Shown here piece after piece: positions 1 through 14,631 of a DNA stretch of 64,000 nt. Source of the stretch: Eledone cirrhosa. Lineage: Eukaryota. The translations under genes and the position numbers were made by a program. Each line of letters starts with the position of its first letter. Within the stretch, counting starts at the first letter, position 1. The notes under the pieces were generated by a model. It made no database searches and was not told the origin of the DNA. It saw only the letters and a program-made list of their open reading frames with translations. The stretch covers positions 334,118,001 through 334,182,000 of the forward strand of contig OZ024741.1 in assembly GCA_964016885.1 (NCBI GenBank). Direction: 5' to 3'.

Positions 1-600
1 AAAAAGTTCATGGTTGGCAAAGTAGATTTTAAAAGCAAACTGACTGTTGAGGAATTTCTTGTGAAATGATTAGAAATAGGAGAAGAAAAGCTTTCCCTCA
101 ATCACAATGGCGATAAAATGAGATGCTTCAATCATTTATTACCTATATACATTTACAGACAGACAGATATATATTATACACTCACACATACATAAATATA
201 TGTGGGTGTGTGGCTACATATGTATATGTTTATATATCTATATATATATATTATATACACATGTGTATATGTATGTATATGCATATATATATATATATAT
301 AATACACTTATGTATATATGTACATACATATATTTATATATATATATATATATATATCATCTCTCTTTAACATCTATTTTCCATCTGTATGTGTATATGG
401 ACACACACACACACACAGACAGGCACACACACATACATACAGGAACACACACACACACACACACACACAGACAGGCACACACACACACACACACACACAG
501 AGAAATAATTATGGGTGAGTGATAGATTGCTATATTCATAGTTATAAATTTCATGTGTATATAAATGCTTGTATATATGTTTATGTATGAATCAAACATA

Positions 601-604
601 CATA

Positions 605-655
<51 letters not shown>

Positions 656-716
656 GTAGATATATATATATATGTATATATATATATGTAGATATATATA
701 TATATGTATATATATG

Positions 717-747
<31 letters not shown>

Positions 748-1438
748 GTAGATATATATATATATGTATATATATATGTAGATATATATATATATGTATA
801 TATATATGTAGATATATATATATGTATATATATATGTAGATATATATATATATGTATATATATATGTATATATATATATATATGTATATATATATGTAGA
901 TATATATATATATATGTAGATATATATATATATATGTATATATATATGTAGATATATATATATGTATATATATATATGTATATATATATATGTAGATATA
1001 TATATATGTATATATATATATGTAGATATATATATATATGTATATATATATGTAGATATATATATATATGTAGATATATATATATATATATATATGTAGA
1101 TATATATATATATATATGTAGATATATATATATATATATGTAGATATATATATATATATATATGTAGATATATATATATATATATGTAGATATATATATA
1201 TATATATGTAGATATATATATATATATGTAGATATATATATATATATATATATATGTAGATATATATATATATATATATGTAGATATATATATATATATA
1301 TATGTAGATATATATATATATATATATGTAGATATATATATATATGTAGATATATATATATGTAGATATATATATATATGTAGATATATATATATATGTG
1401 TATATATATATATATATGTGTATATATATATATATATG
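601..1438. repeat. Degenerate (TA)n microsatellite with TGTAGA interruptions
   Basis: Direct reading of the sequence. Confidence 0.95.
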
Positions 1439-1638
1439 TCGTTTCTGAATTTGTTTAGCAAGATTCATTATCTGAAATCGTGTGTTGAAACCAATATTGT
1501 TATACTTTGGGAGGGTCATGTTGCCAATAAGAAACACACGCACCAGTTGCTTTCACTTCAATTTATTATAATAAATTTATAAATTTATAAATTTCTGGTT
1601 GGTTGGTTGGTTCCACAACCAGATAGTTGTTTATATAT

Positions 1639-1683
1639 AGTCATAGTTCTTTCGTCACACACTCTGTGACCTCTTCAGTGACT
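1639..1683 (-). ncRNA. Type I hammerhead ribozyme (inverted copy, PLE A)
   Basis: Reverse complement of 3000-3044. Confidence 0.8.
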
Positions 1684-1883
1684 GGGGATTCCTTTCTTTG
1701 TTTCGGTGCCTCTCCTTTGTTCTGTCCTACGCCATTTTGTTTCTGTGTGTGTGTTGTGTGCTCAGTCTGCGCATGCGCCACATCCGGGTGTCTGTGTGTG
1801 TTTATGTTCATTTATTTATTTGTTTATTTACATGTTACTGGTTGGTTGTTTGTTCTATGTGTGTGTGTGTTTTCATTTTGTCC

Positions 1884-2201
1884 TTAATTGTAAGGTGTGA
1901 TGTTGCTGTTCCACTCATATTTTCTATTTAATTTTGGTTGTAATTCTTTTATGTTTATTGCCTCTGTAATTTGTCTAAACATTGCGTCTTTTCTGTGTGT
2001 AGATTCTATTTTTATTTCTATGTTCTCTAATTTACCCTTGTGTTCTATTTTAGCATGTTGGTAGAGTACAGATGATTCTTTATTATCTTGAAGGTCTCGC
2101 CAGTGTTCATTTATCCGTTCCCCTACACTACGGGCTGTCTCACCTATGTACACTATATTTTTGTCTCTACATTGTCCTTCAGTACATCTTATGCTATACA
2201 C
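1884..2201 (-). pseudogene. GIY-YIG endonuclease 3' fragment in the inverted arm of PLE A
   Basis: Translation identical to 2482-2799. Confidence 0.85.
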
Positions 2202-2481
2202 TACATTTCTAGTTTTACAGTTAATATGGGGGCTTATTTTACAGGTTATACATTTCTTATCTATACATGAGGGTCTTTGAAAAGGGTATGTCTTGCTAAT
2301 AAGTGTTTTTACGGAGGGTCCTAAATAAACATAAACTCAATATTAAGATAGTAGAAAGACCAGGTACCTCCGTAAAAACACTTATTAGCAAGACATACCC
2401 TTTCAAAGACCCTCATGTATAGATAAGAAATGTATAACCTGTAAAATAAGCCCCCATATTAACTGTAAAACTAGAAATGTA

Positions 2482-2799
2482 GTGTATAGCATAAGATGTA
2501 CTGAAGGACAATGTAGAGACAAAAATATAGTGTACATAGGTGAGACAGCCCGTAGTGTAGGGGAACGGATAAATGAACACTGGCGAGACCTTCAAGATAA
2601 TAAAGAATCATCTGTACTCTACCAACATGCTAAAATAGAACACAAGGGTAAATTAGAGAACATAGAAATAAAAATAGAATCTACACACAGAAAAGACGCA
2701 ATGTTTAGACAAATTACAGAGGCAATAAACATAAAAGAATTACAACCAAAATTAAATAGAAAATATGAGTGGAACAGCAACATCACACCTTACAATTAA
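2482..2799 (+). pseudogene. GIY-YIG endonuclease C-terminal fragment (upstream partial copy of PLE A)
   Basis: VY..RC...C....YIGETARS..ERINEH...EA..I...P.LN motifs of PLE GIY-YIG. Confidence 0.88.
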
Positions 2800-2999
2800 G
2801 GACAAAATGAAAACACACACACACATAGAACAAACAACCAACCAGTAACATGTAAATAAACAAATAAATAAATGAACATAAACACACACAGACACCCGGA
2901 TGTGGCGCATGCGCAGACTGAGCACACAACACACACACAGAAACAAAATGGCGTAGGACAGAACAAAGGAGAGGCACCGAAACAAAGAAAGGAATCCCC

Positions 3000-3044
3000 A
3001 GTCACTGAAGAGGTCACAGAGTGTGTGACGAAAGAACTATGACT
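3000..3044 (+). ncRNA. Minimal type I hammerhead ribozyme in the pLTR of PLE A
   Basis: AGTCA-CTGAAGA-G-GTCACA(gagtg)TGTGAC-GAAA-GAAC-TA/TGACT: stem I AGTCA/TGACT, stem II 6 bp, predicted CUA cleavage. Confidence 0.82.
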
Positions 3045-3155
3045 ATATATAAACAACTATCTGGTTGTGGAACCAACCAACCAACCAGAAATTTATAAAT
3101 TTATTATAATAAATTGAAGTGAAAGCAACTGGTGCGTGTGTTTCTTATTGGCAAC

Positions 3156-6100
3156 ATGACCCTCCCAAAGTATAACAATGTCGGTTTCAACACACGATTT
3201 CAGATAAAGAATCTTGCTAAACAAATTCAGAAACGAAATATCGTAAGCCTTAGCCAGGCTAACAAGATACTGAAAACCACCATGTTCTGTTGTCTACGAA
3301 AAACCATAAGATCTCGACAACTACACTTCATAAAAGAATGTGCCTCATCCCGAGTTTACACCAACACCATCAACACCGACGTTAGAAGATTACAACTCAC
3401 CAAAAAACAAGCAGATAGGCTAAAACGAACTTTAATTCTAAACCTAAAAAAGAAGATCTATAGAGAATTAAGTCATCAAGAAAAACATAAGCGTAACCTA
3501 ATACAAGAAATAGCTACGATCACCACACCAAGAGAGAAACTAATATTTATAAGCCTTATACGCCCTGAAGAACAGTACATTACTCAAGAATGTGATAAGC
3601 ACTTTAACAAGAAACTAAAGTGGCTTAAGCAGATAAAGCTAAATCAGGATATTATAGAGAATACCAATAGATATCCCGACAAAATTGACGGTATAAATAT
3701 GGCCGACACCTCATTAACAGAAGAGTTCAACAACAACAACAACAACACAAATATATACGGAAACACAAGAATAGATGACGATGAGATGTCTGTGTTATGT
3801 TTACCCCCGAAATTTGCGACATTCAAGAAGGTATATATGATTAGTTGTCTGTCAGAAATAGAAAAATCATTTACAAAACTACGCTGGAGCCTCAAAAACA
3901 AAAACAAAAGCAACAATATACGCACACACATATACAACACACATCCCAACAACAACAGACACACCAACAACAACAACATACCCAGAAACAACAACAACAG
4001 ACACGCAGACACAAACAACAATAACAACACACAACAACAATAACACACACGGAGACAACAACACACATCAACAACAGCACACATCAACAACAACAACACA
4101 CACACATTCAATGCCTCTCGCCACCACCACAATCTTAACAAACACACAGACACAGAAAACAAGTAATGACAGTTGCACAGAAATCACAGAAATAAGGGAA
4201 AGTAATAGGATTAAAAAGAGAACGGAGACTAAGGACAAAGAGAATAACCAAGACGAACACACATACACACAAAATAGGGTAGATAACAACAATGAGCCAG
4301 TGGAAAGAGACAGGAGTAATTGTGAGAGACATAGAAACAACCATGAGGCTGTTGGTGGAAATAGAAATAGAAACAACACAACTAACAATAGCACTAGTAC
4401 ACATAAAGCAGCAGCCTGGAACTCTACGTTTTATAATCCCTCCGATAAATCATTCGACCTGCGACGAGTCCACGCCACGACTTTACCATTTAACAAACGC
4501 ACGCAATTGCCGTCGCAGGTCGATGAACAAACAGAAGCACATTTTAGTATAGCTAGATCCGAACTTAGAAATATTATAGAACAGTATAGCAAGAAGCATA
4601 ATAGAATGGAGGCCCAGCAACTGGGAGAAACATCTGCAAATGGCTTGCGTAAGCTCATGCAGCGCTCACGTAATGGAGAGATAGCATGCTTTCCAACAGA
4701 CAAGTGTGGCAGAATGTCGGTTGACAGCCTGCCAAACTACATCCAGGCAATGCAACCCCACATCACTAACACAAGAGAGGTAACACCACAGGAGCATGAG
4801 GATAGAGAAAAAGCCCTCAATGCCCATATGGTGATGTGGACGAATATAATGCAGCCCAACAAAAGGACTGCCAACAACTTCCAGGCCTGGAACAATGACG
4901 TGCCGGCGTTGTATGGGCTTCGAAAAGACCATAAAACGGGATGTGACCCTGTCGCGGGACCACCAACACCGCCAGTCTGTGGAGCTAACATTGCTAGTAA
5001 CTACAGACTGTCCTACTTCCTCTCCCTGATCATACGCCCCATCATTGAACTGTCCCCAGATGTATGTGACAGCACGGAGGACCTCCTCAGCAGAATCGGC
5101 GTGAGTAACCGATCTGGGGACCTAACAAACTGCATAATAGGCAGTATGGATGTTGTGTCCCTGTATCCATCTATTGACGTGGATTTTGCTGTGGAGAAAT
5201 GCGTCGAAATGATCAGTGAGAGCAAGGTTGAGTTCCGTGGGATTGATACCAGTGAGCTGGGACTCCTACTTAGGCTTACCTATAGTAATAATTACCTAGA
5301 CACATATGACCTTAGCAACCTGTGCCCTACAAGACCAGCAAGAGGCAGACCACCTACCATTACCTCAATGGCCAAGAAAACCCACACAGATAGATGGAAC
5401 GGGTGGACCAGAGCCATACGGACACCCGAAAACCACGATGAACTGAAGAAAATGATTGCACATGCGGTAGGGGCCAGCATAAAACTAACCCTTAAGGAAC
5501 ATATGTTCAAATTTAATGGAAAAACATATGCCCAAGAGGAAGGAGCGGCCATTGGTGTTAGCATTGCAGGCGACATAGCTAACTTATTCATGGTATGGTG
5601 GGACAGTAGACTTAAACTTAAACTTAAAGAACAATTAGAAGACCCCCTTAACCCGGATAATGTACTCCCGCTACGTAGATGATATAAACATCGTAGTTAA
5701 GACAACCCCACTAGAGAACAGTCAGGAACTAGAGAAAAACACAATGGAAAGCATCCAGCAAATAGCTAACTCCATCCACCAGAGCATTAGAGTTACTATA
5801 GACTACCAAAGTAAACACCCCCAACCATCGATTACCTGTACTAGACACAGAGCTCTGGTTAGATACCATTAACAACAAAAAACAAATCATCCATTCCCAT
5901 TATGCCAAACCCATGACTTCCAAATATCTGATCCACCGAAACTCGGCCGTTTCGGACCATACCAAAATCAACATACTGATTGCGGATTTGGTACGGGTGA
6001 TGAGAAATGTGTCCCGCATGTGCAATCCCGAAGAATTAGAGAGACACGTACAACACTTCATCCACCGTAGGCAGTTCTCTGGCTACAATCAGAGAGATAA

Positions 6101-6725
6101 AATCAGAGTGTATAGAGGTGCCAGAACCAAATGGGAAAAAATGGTAAATAATGACATAAATGGGACCTGCCCCTTGTATAGGAGGAAATTTTGGAATAGA
6201 ATAGAAAGAACTAGGAACAAGGCTAATAGAATAAACTCATGGTATGATAGCAATAAATACCAGAGTGTAATGTTCATCGATACAACCCCTAGAGGTGAAT
6301 TAGCTTACAAATTTAGAAGGGCCCTAAATAAACATAAACTCAATATTAAGATAGTAGAAAGACCAGGTACCTCCGTAAAAACACTTATTAGCAAGACATA
6401 CCCTTTTCAAAGACCCTCATGTATAGATAAGAAATGTATAACCTGTAAAATAAGCCCCCATATTAACTGTAAAACTAGAAATGTAGTGTATAGCATAAGA
6501 TGTACTGAAGGACAATGTAGAGACAAAAATATAGTGTACATAGGTGAGACAGCCCGTAGTGTAGGGGAACGGATAAATGAACACTGGCGAGACCTTCAAG
6601 ATAATAAAGAATCATCTGTACTCTACCAACATGCTAAAATAGAACACAAGGGTAAATTAGAGAACATAGAAGAGACCTTCAAGATAATAAAGAATCATCT
6701 GTACTCTACCAACATGCTAAAATAG
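3156..6725 (+). pseudogene. Frameshifted Penelope polyprotein (N-terminal domain, RT, thumb, GIY-YIG)
   Basis: ORF pieces 3132-4043 (LPPKF..KLRW), 4111-5682 (TDKCG, LYGLRKDHK, SMDVVSLYPSI, QEEGAAIG), 5660-5872 (RYVDD), 5913-6725 (YIGETARS) lie in different frames. Confidence 0.9.
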
Positions 6726-7065
6726 AACACAAGGGTAAATTAGAGAACATAGAAATAAAAATAGAATCTACACACAGAAAAGACAAATTACAGAGGCAAT
6801 AAGAATTACAACCAAAATTAAATAGAAAATATGAGTGGAACAGCAACATCACAACTTACAATTAAGGACAAAATGAAAATACACACACACATAGAACAAA
6901 CAACCAACCAGTAACATGTAAATAAACAAATAAATAAATGAACATAAACACACACAGACACCCGGATGTGGCACATGCGCAGACTGAGCACACAACACAC
7001 ACACAGAAACAAAATGGCGTAGGACAGAACAAAGGAGAGGCACAGAAACAAAGAAAGGAATCCCC

Positions 7066-7110
7066 AGTCACTGAAGAGGTCACAGAGTGTGTGACGAAAG
7101 AACTATGACT
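7066..7110 (+). ncRNA. Type I hammerhead ribozyme (3' pLTR of PLE A)
   Basis: Same sequence as 3000-3044. Confidence 0.82.
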
Positions 7111-7243
7111 ATAGATAAACAACTATCTGGTTGTGGAACCAACCAACCAACCAGAAATTTATAAATTTATTATAATAAATTGAAGTGAAAGCAACTGGTG
7201 CGTGTGTTTCTTATTGGCAACATGACCCTCCCAAAGTATAACA

Positions 7244-7245
<2 letters not shown>

Positions 7246-7274
<29 letters not shown>

Positions 7275-7397
7275 TATGTAGATATATATATATATGTGTA
7301 TATATGTATATATATATACATATATAACAATTTTTATACTTTTCATTTATATATATGTATATATATGTATATATATGTATATACATATATATATATG

Positions 7398-7448
<51 letters not shown>

Positions 7449-7723
7449 GTATATATATATATGTATATATATATATGTATATATATATATGTGTATATAT
7501 ATATGTATATATATATATATGTATATATATATGTATATATATATATGTATATATGTATATATATATGTATATATATATGTATATATGTATATATATATGT
7601 ATATATGTATATATATATGTATATATATATGTATATATGTATATATATATATTTATATATGTATATATATATATTTATATATGTATATATATATGTATAT
7701 ATATATATGTATATATATATATG

Positions 7724-7772
<49 letters not shown>

Positions 7773-7817
7773 GTATGTATATATATATGTATATATATAT
7801 ATATGTATATATATATG

Positions 7818-7852
<35 letters not shown>

Positions 7853-7869
7853 GTATGTATATATATATG

Positions 7870-7904
<35 letters not shown>

Positions 7905-7961
7905 GTATGTATATATATATGTATATATATGTATATATATATATATATGTTTATATATGTA

Positions 7962-8031
<70 letters not shown>

Positions 8032-8077
8032 TATGTTTGTATATATATGTTTATATATATGTTTATATATATATGTT

Positions 8078-8110
<33 letters not shown>

Positions 8111-8252
8111 GTTTATATATATGTATATATATGTATATACATATATACATTTATATATATATATATATATATACATATATATATACACATATATATATAC
8201 ATATATATATATACATATATATATACATATATATATATACATATATATATAC

Positions 8253-8299
<47 letters not shown>

Positions 8300-8710
8300 T
8301 ATGTATATATATATATATATGTATATATATATGTGTATATATATATGTATATATATATATGTATATATATATGTGTATATATATATGTATATATATATAT
8401 ATGTGTATATATATATATGTATATATAAATGTATGTATATATGTATATATATATGTATATATGTATATATATATGTAAATATGTATATATATATATATAT
8501 ATATGTATATACATATATATGTATATATTATATATATATATGTATATACATATATATGTATATATATATATATATGTATATACATATATATGTATATATA
8601 TATATATGTATATATATGTATATACATATATATGTATATATATATATATGTATATATATATGTATATACATATATATGTATATATATATATATGTATATA
8701 TATATGTATC
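7246..8710. repeat. Degenerate (TA)n/(TATG) microsatellite
   Basis: Direct reading. Confidence 0.95.
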
Positions 8711-9920
8711 AAAGTTCTAGTTTGTAGGAAAGAAAACAAGGCGGCGGTCCCTTCTGGGAAATGGTCGTGCTCGGTATGTAGGAAAGGCGTAGGTAGAAAC
8801 TCCATCTTATGTCCTAAATGCAAAGTATGGGTGCATAAAAGATGTAGTGGGATCACAGGTAAGCTAACTAAGAACATAGACTTTACATGTGGCCGGTGTT
8901 CTGGTGCAATAAGTAGCAGCAAGTGCCCACAAAATACTAGCTCTTTCAATTGCGCAGAGGGTTTTATAGAAATAGTGGACAGCTTCCGTTACCTGGGCGA
9001 TAAAATCAGCAGTGGGGGAGGGTGCTCTGAAAGTACTGTAGCTAGAGTCAGAACTGGTTGGAAAAAGTTCAGAGAGCTTATACCACTATTAGCTGCTAAA
9101 GGGTTCTCCCTAAAAATGAAAGGCAGGTTGTACGATGCCTGCATACGAACAGCAATGTTGCATGGTAGTGAGACCTGGGCATTGTGTGCAGAGGATATAC
9201 GCAGACTAGAGAGGAACGAAGCTTGCATGCTCCGCTGGATGTGTAACAGTAATATACGTGAACGGCAAAGCATAAACGAACTAAGGAAAAAATTAGAGAT
9301 AAGAGGGATCAGATGTTGTTTACTCGAGAGAAGGCTGCGTTGGTATGGACACGTGATGCGCATGAAAGTCGATAGCTGTATTACAAAGTGCAGGGCAATA
9401 AAGATAGACGGTAGCCACGGAATAGGCAGACCTAGAAAAACATGGGATGAGCTGATAAACTCCGACCTCACACACTTACACCTCTCCAAGACAATGTCAC
9501 TGGACCGTGACCTTTGGCGGTACTCAGTAACAGAGAAGACCCGCCTTGCCAGTAGGCATCTCTAACAAAATACACCCCTCCCGCCGCCACCCCCACCCCA
9601 TCCACACCACCCCGTTCTATGTAAAGTTATGTTGGTGCCGCGCCATCCAGGCCGAAACAAATGAGATCGTGTAGGTGTCACGACAAAAAAACACACAGTC
9701 CACGCTGTAATGTGGCCGTGTAGGCAACACGGTAAAAACCTCCCAGACCCACACTGTAAATGTGGTTGGTGTTAGGAAGGGCATCCAACTGTAGAAAACC
9801 TGCCAGACAGTCCTATGCGAGCAAGACAATCACTCTTGCCTCAAGTGGGACTACCCCCGTCCAAACCCATGCAAGCGTGGAACACGGACGTTAAACGTTG
9901 ATGATGATGATGATGATGAT
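8711..9920 (+). mobile_element. 5'-truncated RTE-clade LINE with a PHD-like Cys cluster and (GAT)n tail
   Basis: [29 protein letters not shown] motifs; CSVC..CPKC..WVHKRC..CGRC; 3' UTR ends in TGATGATGAT. Confidence 0.9.
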
Positions 9921-10043
9921 ACATATATATGTATATATATATATATGTATATATATATGTATATACATATATATGTATATATATATATATGTATATATAT
10001 ATGTATATATATATGTATATATATATGTTAATATATATATATG

Positions 10044-10122
<79 letters not shown>

Positions 10123-10258
10123 GTATATATATATATGTTTATATAAGTTGAAAAAAATGAAAACGAAATTTCATTTCTCACTCTTAGTATGGCACTTACT
10201 TAAATGTAAGTATGTATGTATACGTACATACATATATGTATACAGACGTACAGTAGCA

Positions 10259-10296
<38 letters not shown>

Positions 10297-10597
10297 TATA
10301 CACATATGCATACAGGTACACATACATATATGCACGCATCAGTTTAGCCGGTGTTTATTATAACGCCGGCCGCTTTGTTCGTTTGTTTGTCAACAAAGCG
10401 AACAGCCTGAATTTATGCCATACGGTGTTAAGGCAACCACGTCACCTTTTTGTTCAACACTGACACTTTTCAACTTATCGTTTTCTGTATGCCTGACCGA
10501 TTTAACTCACTCAATATGCAAATTAGGCTGCTCAGCCGTTAATTTTCATAAGGAAAGTATATACTTTCGAACGTTCAACTATCTGGCAGATGGGTAA

Positions 10598-10640
10598 ACG
10601 GTGCTGATGATAGCTAACAAGCTTGAAACTAGTACATCGT
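10598..10640 (+). ncRNA. Minimal type I hammerhead ribozyme (module C, copy 1)
   Basis: ACGGTG-CTGATGA-TAGCT(aaca)AGCTT-GAAA-CTAG-TA/CATCGT; palindromic ACTAGT stem III; GUA site. Confidence 0.88.
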
Positions 10641-11085
10641 TCCTGTGTCAGTGTTGAATAAAAAGGTGACGTGGTTGCCTTAACACCGTATGGCATAAAT
10701 TCAGGCTGTTCGCTTTGTTGACAAACAAACGAACAAAGCGGCCGGCGTTATAATAAACACCGGCTAAACTGATGCGTGCATATATGTATGTGTACCTGTA
10801 TGCATATGTGTATATATATGTATATATATATATATTTATATATATATGCATGCTACTGTACGTCTGTATACATATTTGTATGTACGTATACATACATACT
10901 TACATTTAAGTAAGTGCCATACTAAGAGTGAGAAATGAAATTTCGTTTTCATTTTTTTCAACTTATCGTTTTCGGTATGCCTGACCGATTTAACTCACTC
11001 AATATGCAAATTAGGCTGCTCAGCCGTTAATTTTCATAAGGAAAGTATATACTTTCGAACGTTCAACTATCTGGCAGATGGGTAA

Positions 11086-11128
11086 ACGGTGCTGATGATA
11101 GCTAACAAGCTTGAAACTAGTACATCGT
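11086..11128 (+). ncRNA. Minimal type I hammerhead ribozyme (module C, copy 2)
   Basis: Identical to 10598-10640. Confidence 0.88.
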
Positions 11129-11302
11129 TCCTGTGTCAGTGTTGAACAAAAAGGTGACGTGGTTGCCTTAACACCGTATGGCATAAATTCAGGCTGTTCG
11201 CTTTGTTGACAAACAAACGAACAAAGCGGCCGGCGTTATAATAAACACCGGCTAAACTGATGCGTGCATATATGTATGTGTACCTGTATGCATATGTGTA
11301 TA

Positions 11303-11352
<50 letters not shown>

Positions 11353-11420
11353 TGCTACTGTACGTCTGTATACATATATGTATGTACGTATACATACATA
11401 CTTACATTTATGTTTATATA

Positions 11421-11465
<45 letters not shown>

Positions 11466-11628
11466 ATATATATATGTATATATGTATATATATATGTATA
11501 TATGTATATATATATATGTATATATGTATATATATATGTATATATGTATATGTATATATGTATATATATATGTATATATGTATATATATATGTATATATA
11601 TATGTACTTATATATGTATATATATATG

Positions 11629-11661
<33 letters not shown>

Positions 11662-11829
11662 GTTTATATATATATGTATATATATATATATATATATGTT
11701 TATATATATATGTATATATATATATGTTTATATATATATGTATATATATATATGTTTATATATATATGTATATATATATATGTTTATATATATGTATATG
11801 TTTATATATATGTTTATATTTATATATAT

Positions 11830-11884
<55 letters not shown>

Positions 11885-11997
11885 TATATATATATGTATA
11901 TATATATATATGTTTATATATATATGTATATATATATATGTTTATATATATATGTATATATATATATGTTTATATATATGTATATGTTTATATATAT

Positions 11998-12044
<47 letters not shown>

Positions 12045-12055
12045 TATATATATGT

Positions 12056-12899
12056 CATCATCATCATCATCATCATCAGGTTTAGCGTCCGTGTTCCACG
12101 CTTGCATGGGTTTGGACGGGGGTTTTCCCACTTGAGGCAAGAGTGGTTGTCTTGCTCGCATAGGACTGTCTGGCGGGTTTTCTACAGTTGGATGCCCTTC
12201 CTAACACCAACCACATTTACAGTGTGGGGCTGGGAGGTTTTTACCGTGTTGCCTACACGGCCACATTACAGCGTGGACTGTCTGGCGGGTTTTCTACAGC
12301 TGGATGCCCTTCCTAACACCAACCACATTTACAGTGTGGGGCTGGGAAGTTTTTACCGTGTTGCCTACACGGCCACATTTACAGCGTGGACTGTGTGTTT
12401 TTTGTCGTGACACCTACACGATCTCATTTGTTTCGGCCTGGATGTTGTGGGACCAACATAACTTTACATTGAAAGGGGCGGTGTGGGTGGGGTGGAGGTG
12501 GTGGGACGGGGGTGTGTTTTGATAGAGATGCCTACTGACTGTAGTAGGTTTTTACTTTGTATTTAGGTAAGGCGGGTCTTCTCTATTACTGAGTACCGCC
12601 AAAGGTCTCGGTCCAGTGACATTGTCTTGGAGAGGTGTAAGCGTGTGAGGTCGGAATTTATCAGCTCGTCCCATGTTTTACTGGGTCTGCCTACTCCGTG
12701 GCTACCGTCTATCTTTATTGCCCTGCACTTTGTAATACAGCTGTCGTCTTTCATGCGCATCACGTGACCGTACCAACGTAGCCTTCTCTCGAGTAAACAA
12801 CATCTGATCCCTCTTATTTCTAATTTTTTCCTTAGTTCGTTTATGCTTTGCCGTTCACGTATATTACTATTGCACATCCAGCGGAGCATGCAAGCTTCG
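12056..12899 (-). mobile_element. 5'-truncated RTE LINE, same family as 8711-9920, with a ~112-bp tandem duplication in the 3' UTR
   Basis: ORF 12563-12889 nearly identical to the C-terminus of 8711-9565; (CAT)n tail at the left end. Confidence 0.9.
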
Positions 12900-12951
12900 T
12901 ATATATATGTATATATATATATATATGTTTATATATATATATATATATGTT

Positions 12952-12982
<31 letters not shown>

Positions 12983-12999
12983 GTTTATGTATATGTATA

Positions 13000-13081
<82 letters not shown>

Positions 13082-13431
13082 TATATATATATATAAATAT
13101 ATATATATATGTATATTAAGACAGGGGGGAAGAAAAAATGGCTTCACTTGTGCATTCAACAAATTTATTTTCTTCACAAAATCCAAAATGAATTTTTTTC
13201 CGGATTAGAAAATTTTTTTTTTTCTTTTTTCTTAAAATTATTTTATAAATTAAGTTAGGTCTTAGGAGTTCTTGGTTAACGTAGGAGGTATTGTTTCGTT
13301 TTTAGAACGACCTTTCACGCTGAGGTGCGCTTGTATGTATATATACGTGTATGTATATATATGTATATGTATATATATATATGTATATGTATATATATGT
13401 ATATGTATATATATATGTATATATATATATA

Positions 13432-13910
13432 TCATCATCATCATCATCACCGTTTTACGTCCGTTCTTCCACGCTAGCATGGGTTAGACGGGTTGTCCTG
13501 TTGTGGGCAGTGTCTGGTCGGCTGACCATGCCTTGCTCATACAGGAACTGATCTGGCTTGATTTCTACAGCTGGATGCCCTTCCTAACACCAACCTCATT
13601 TACAGTGAGTGCTGGGTGCTTTTTCGTGGCGCCTACACGTCCACTCTACAGTGCGGGCTGGGTGCTTTTTTGCCGTGGCACCTCCACGACCACCTTGCGG
13701 TGTGGGGGGGGGGGGCATATTGTTTATATGCTTCAGCATGTACCCATGGGAGGTCGGGTACCCTGTATTACTGTGTGACGCCAGAAGTCACGGTCGTGTG
13801 TCATTGACTTTGAGAGGTGTAGTTGGGTAAGGTCGGCTTTTATCACCTCATCCCAAGTCATCTTGGGTCTCCCCACTCCGCGGTTTCCATCAACTTCTAG
13901 TGGTCTGCAC
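13432..13910 (-). mobile_element. Short 3' fragment of a related RTE subfamily
   Basis: (CAT)n tail, GGATGCCCTTCCTAACACCAACC 3' UTR motif, near identity to 38087-38515. Confidence 0.88.
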
Positions 13911-13996
13911 TATATGTATATATATATGTATATATATATATGTATATATATGTGTATATATATGTAGATATATATATATGTAGATATATATATATG

Positions 13997-14033
<37 letters not shown>

Positions 14034-14122
14034 GTATCTATGTATATATATGTATGTATATATATGTATCTATATATATATATGTATGTATATATATGTA
14101 TATATATATATATATATGTATG

Positions 14123-14153
<31 letters not shown>

Positions 14154-14178
14154 GTATGTCTATATATATATATGTATG

Positions 14179-14209
<31 letters not shown>

Positions 14210-14214
14210 GTATG

Positions 14215-14245
<31 letters not shown>

Positions 14246-14366
14246 GTATGTATATATATATATGTATGTATATATATATATGTATATATATATATATGTA
14301 TATATATATATGTATGTATATATATATATATGTATGTATATATATATATATATATGTATATATATG

Positions 14367-14403
<37 letters not shown>

Positions 14404-14526
14404 GTATATTTATATATATATGTATATATATATGTATATATGTATATATATATGTATATATATATGTATATATGTATATATATATGTATATATATATATA
14501 TATATATATGTGTATGTATATATATG

Positions 14527-14573
<47 letters not shown>

Positions 14574-14584
14574 GTATATATATG

Positions 14585-14631
<47 letters not shown>

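Larger units (their letters stand above)
1439..7245 (+). mobile_element. Penelope-like retroelement A (Neptune-like): inverted 5' arm (1439-2317), partial upstream copy/pLTR (2318-~3240), body, and 3' pLTR ending just inside the ORF start
   Basis: RT and GIY-YIG ORFs; 2318-3179 repeats at ~6320-7245; 1439-2317 is the reverse complement of ~2367-3236; flanked by (TA)n; HHR in each pLTR; CxxxxCxxC linker before the endonuclease. Confidence 0.92.
10145..11410 (+). mobile_element. Non-coding HHR module C: inverted arm 10145-10466 plus ~1.9 tandem units of 488 bp
   Basis: 10467-10954 repeats from 10955; arm is the reverse complement of ~10645-10963; flanked by (TA)n. Confidence 0.88.

Noticed and set aside
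1-69. Possible terminal host exon (KKFMVGKVDFKSKLTVEEFLVK*)
   Set aside because: Too short, cut by the window edge, and no recognisable homology
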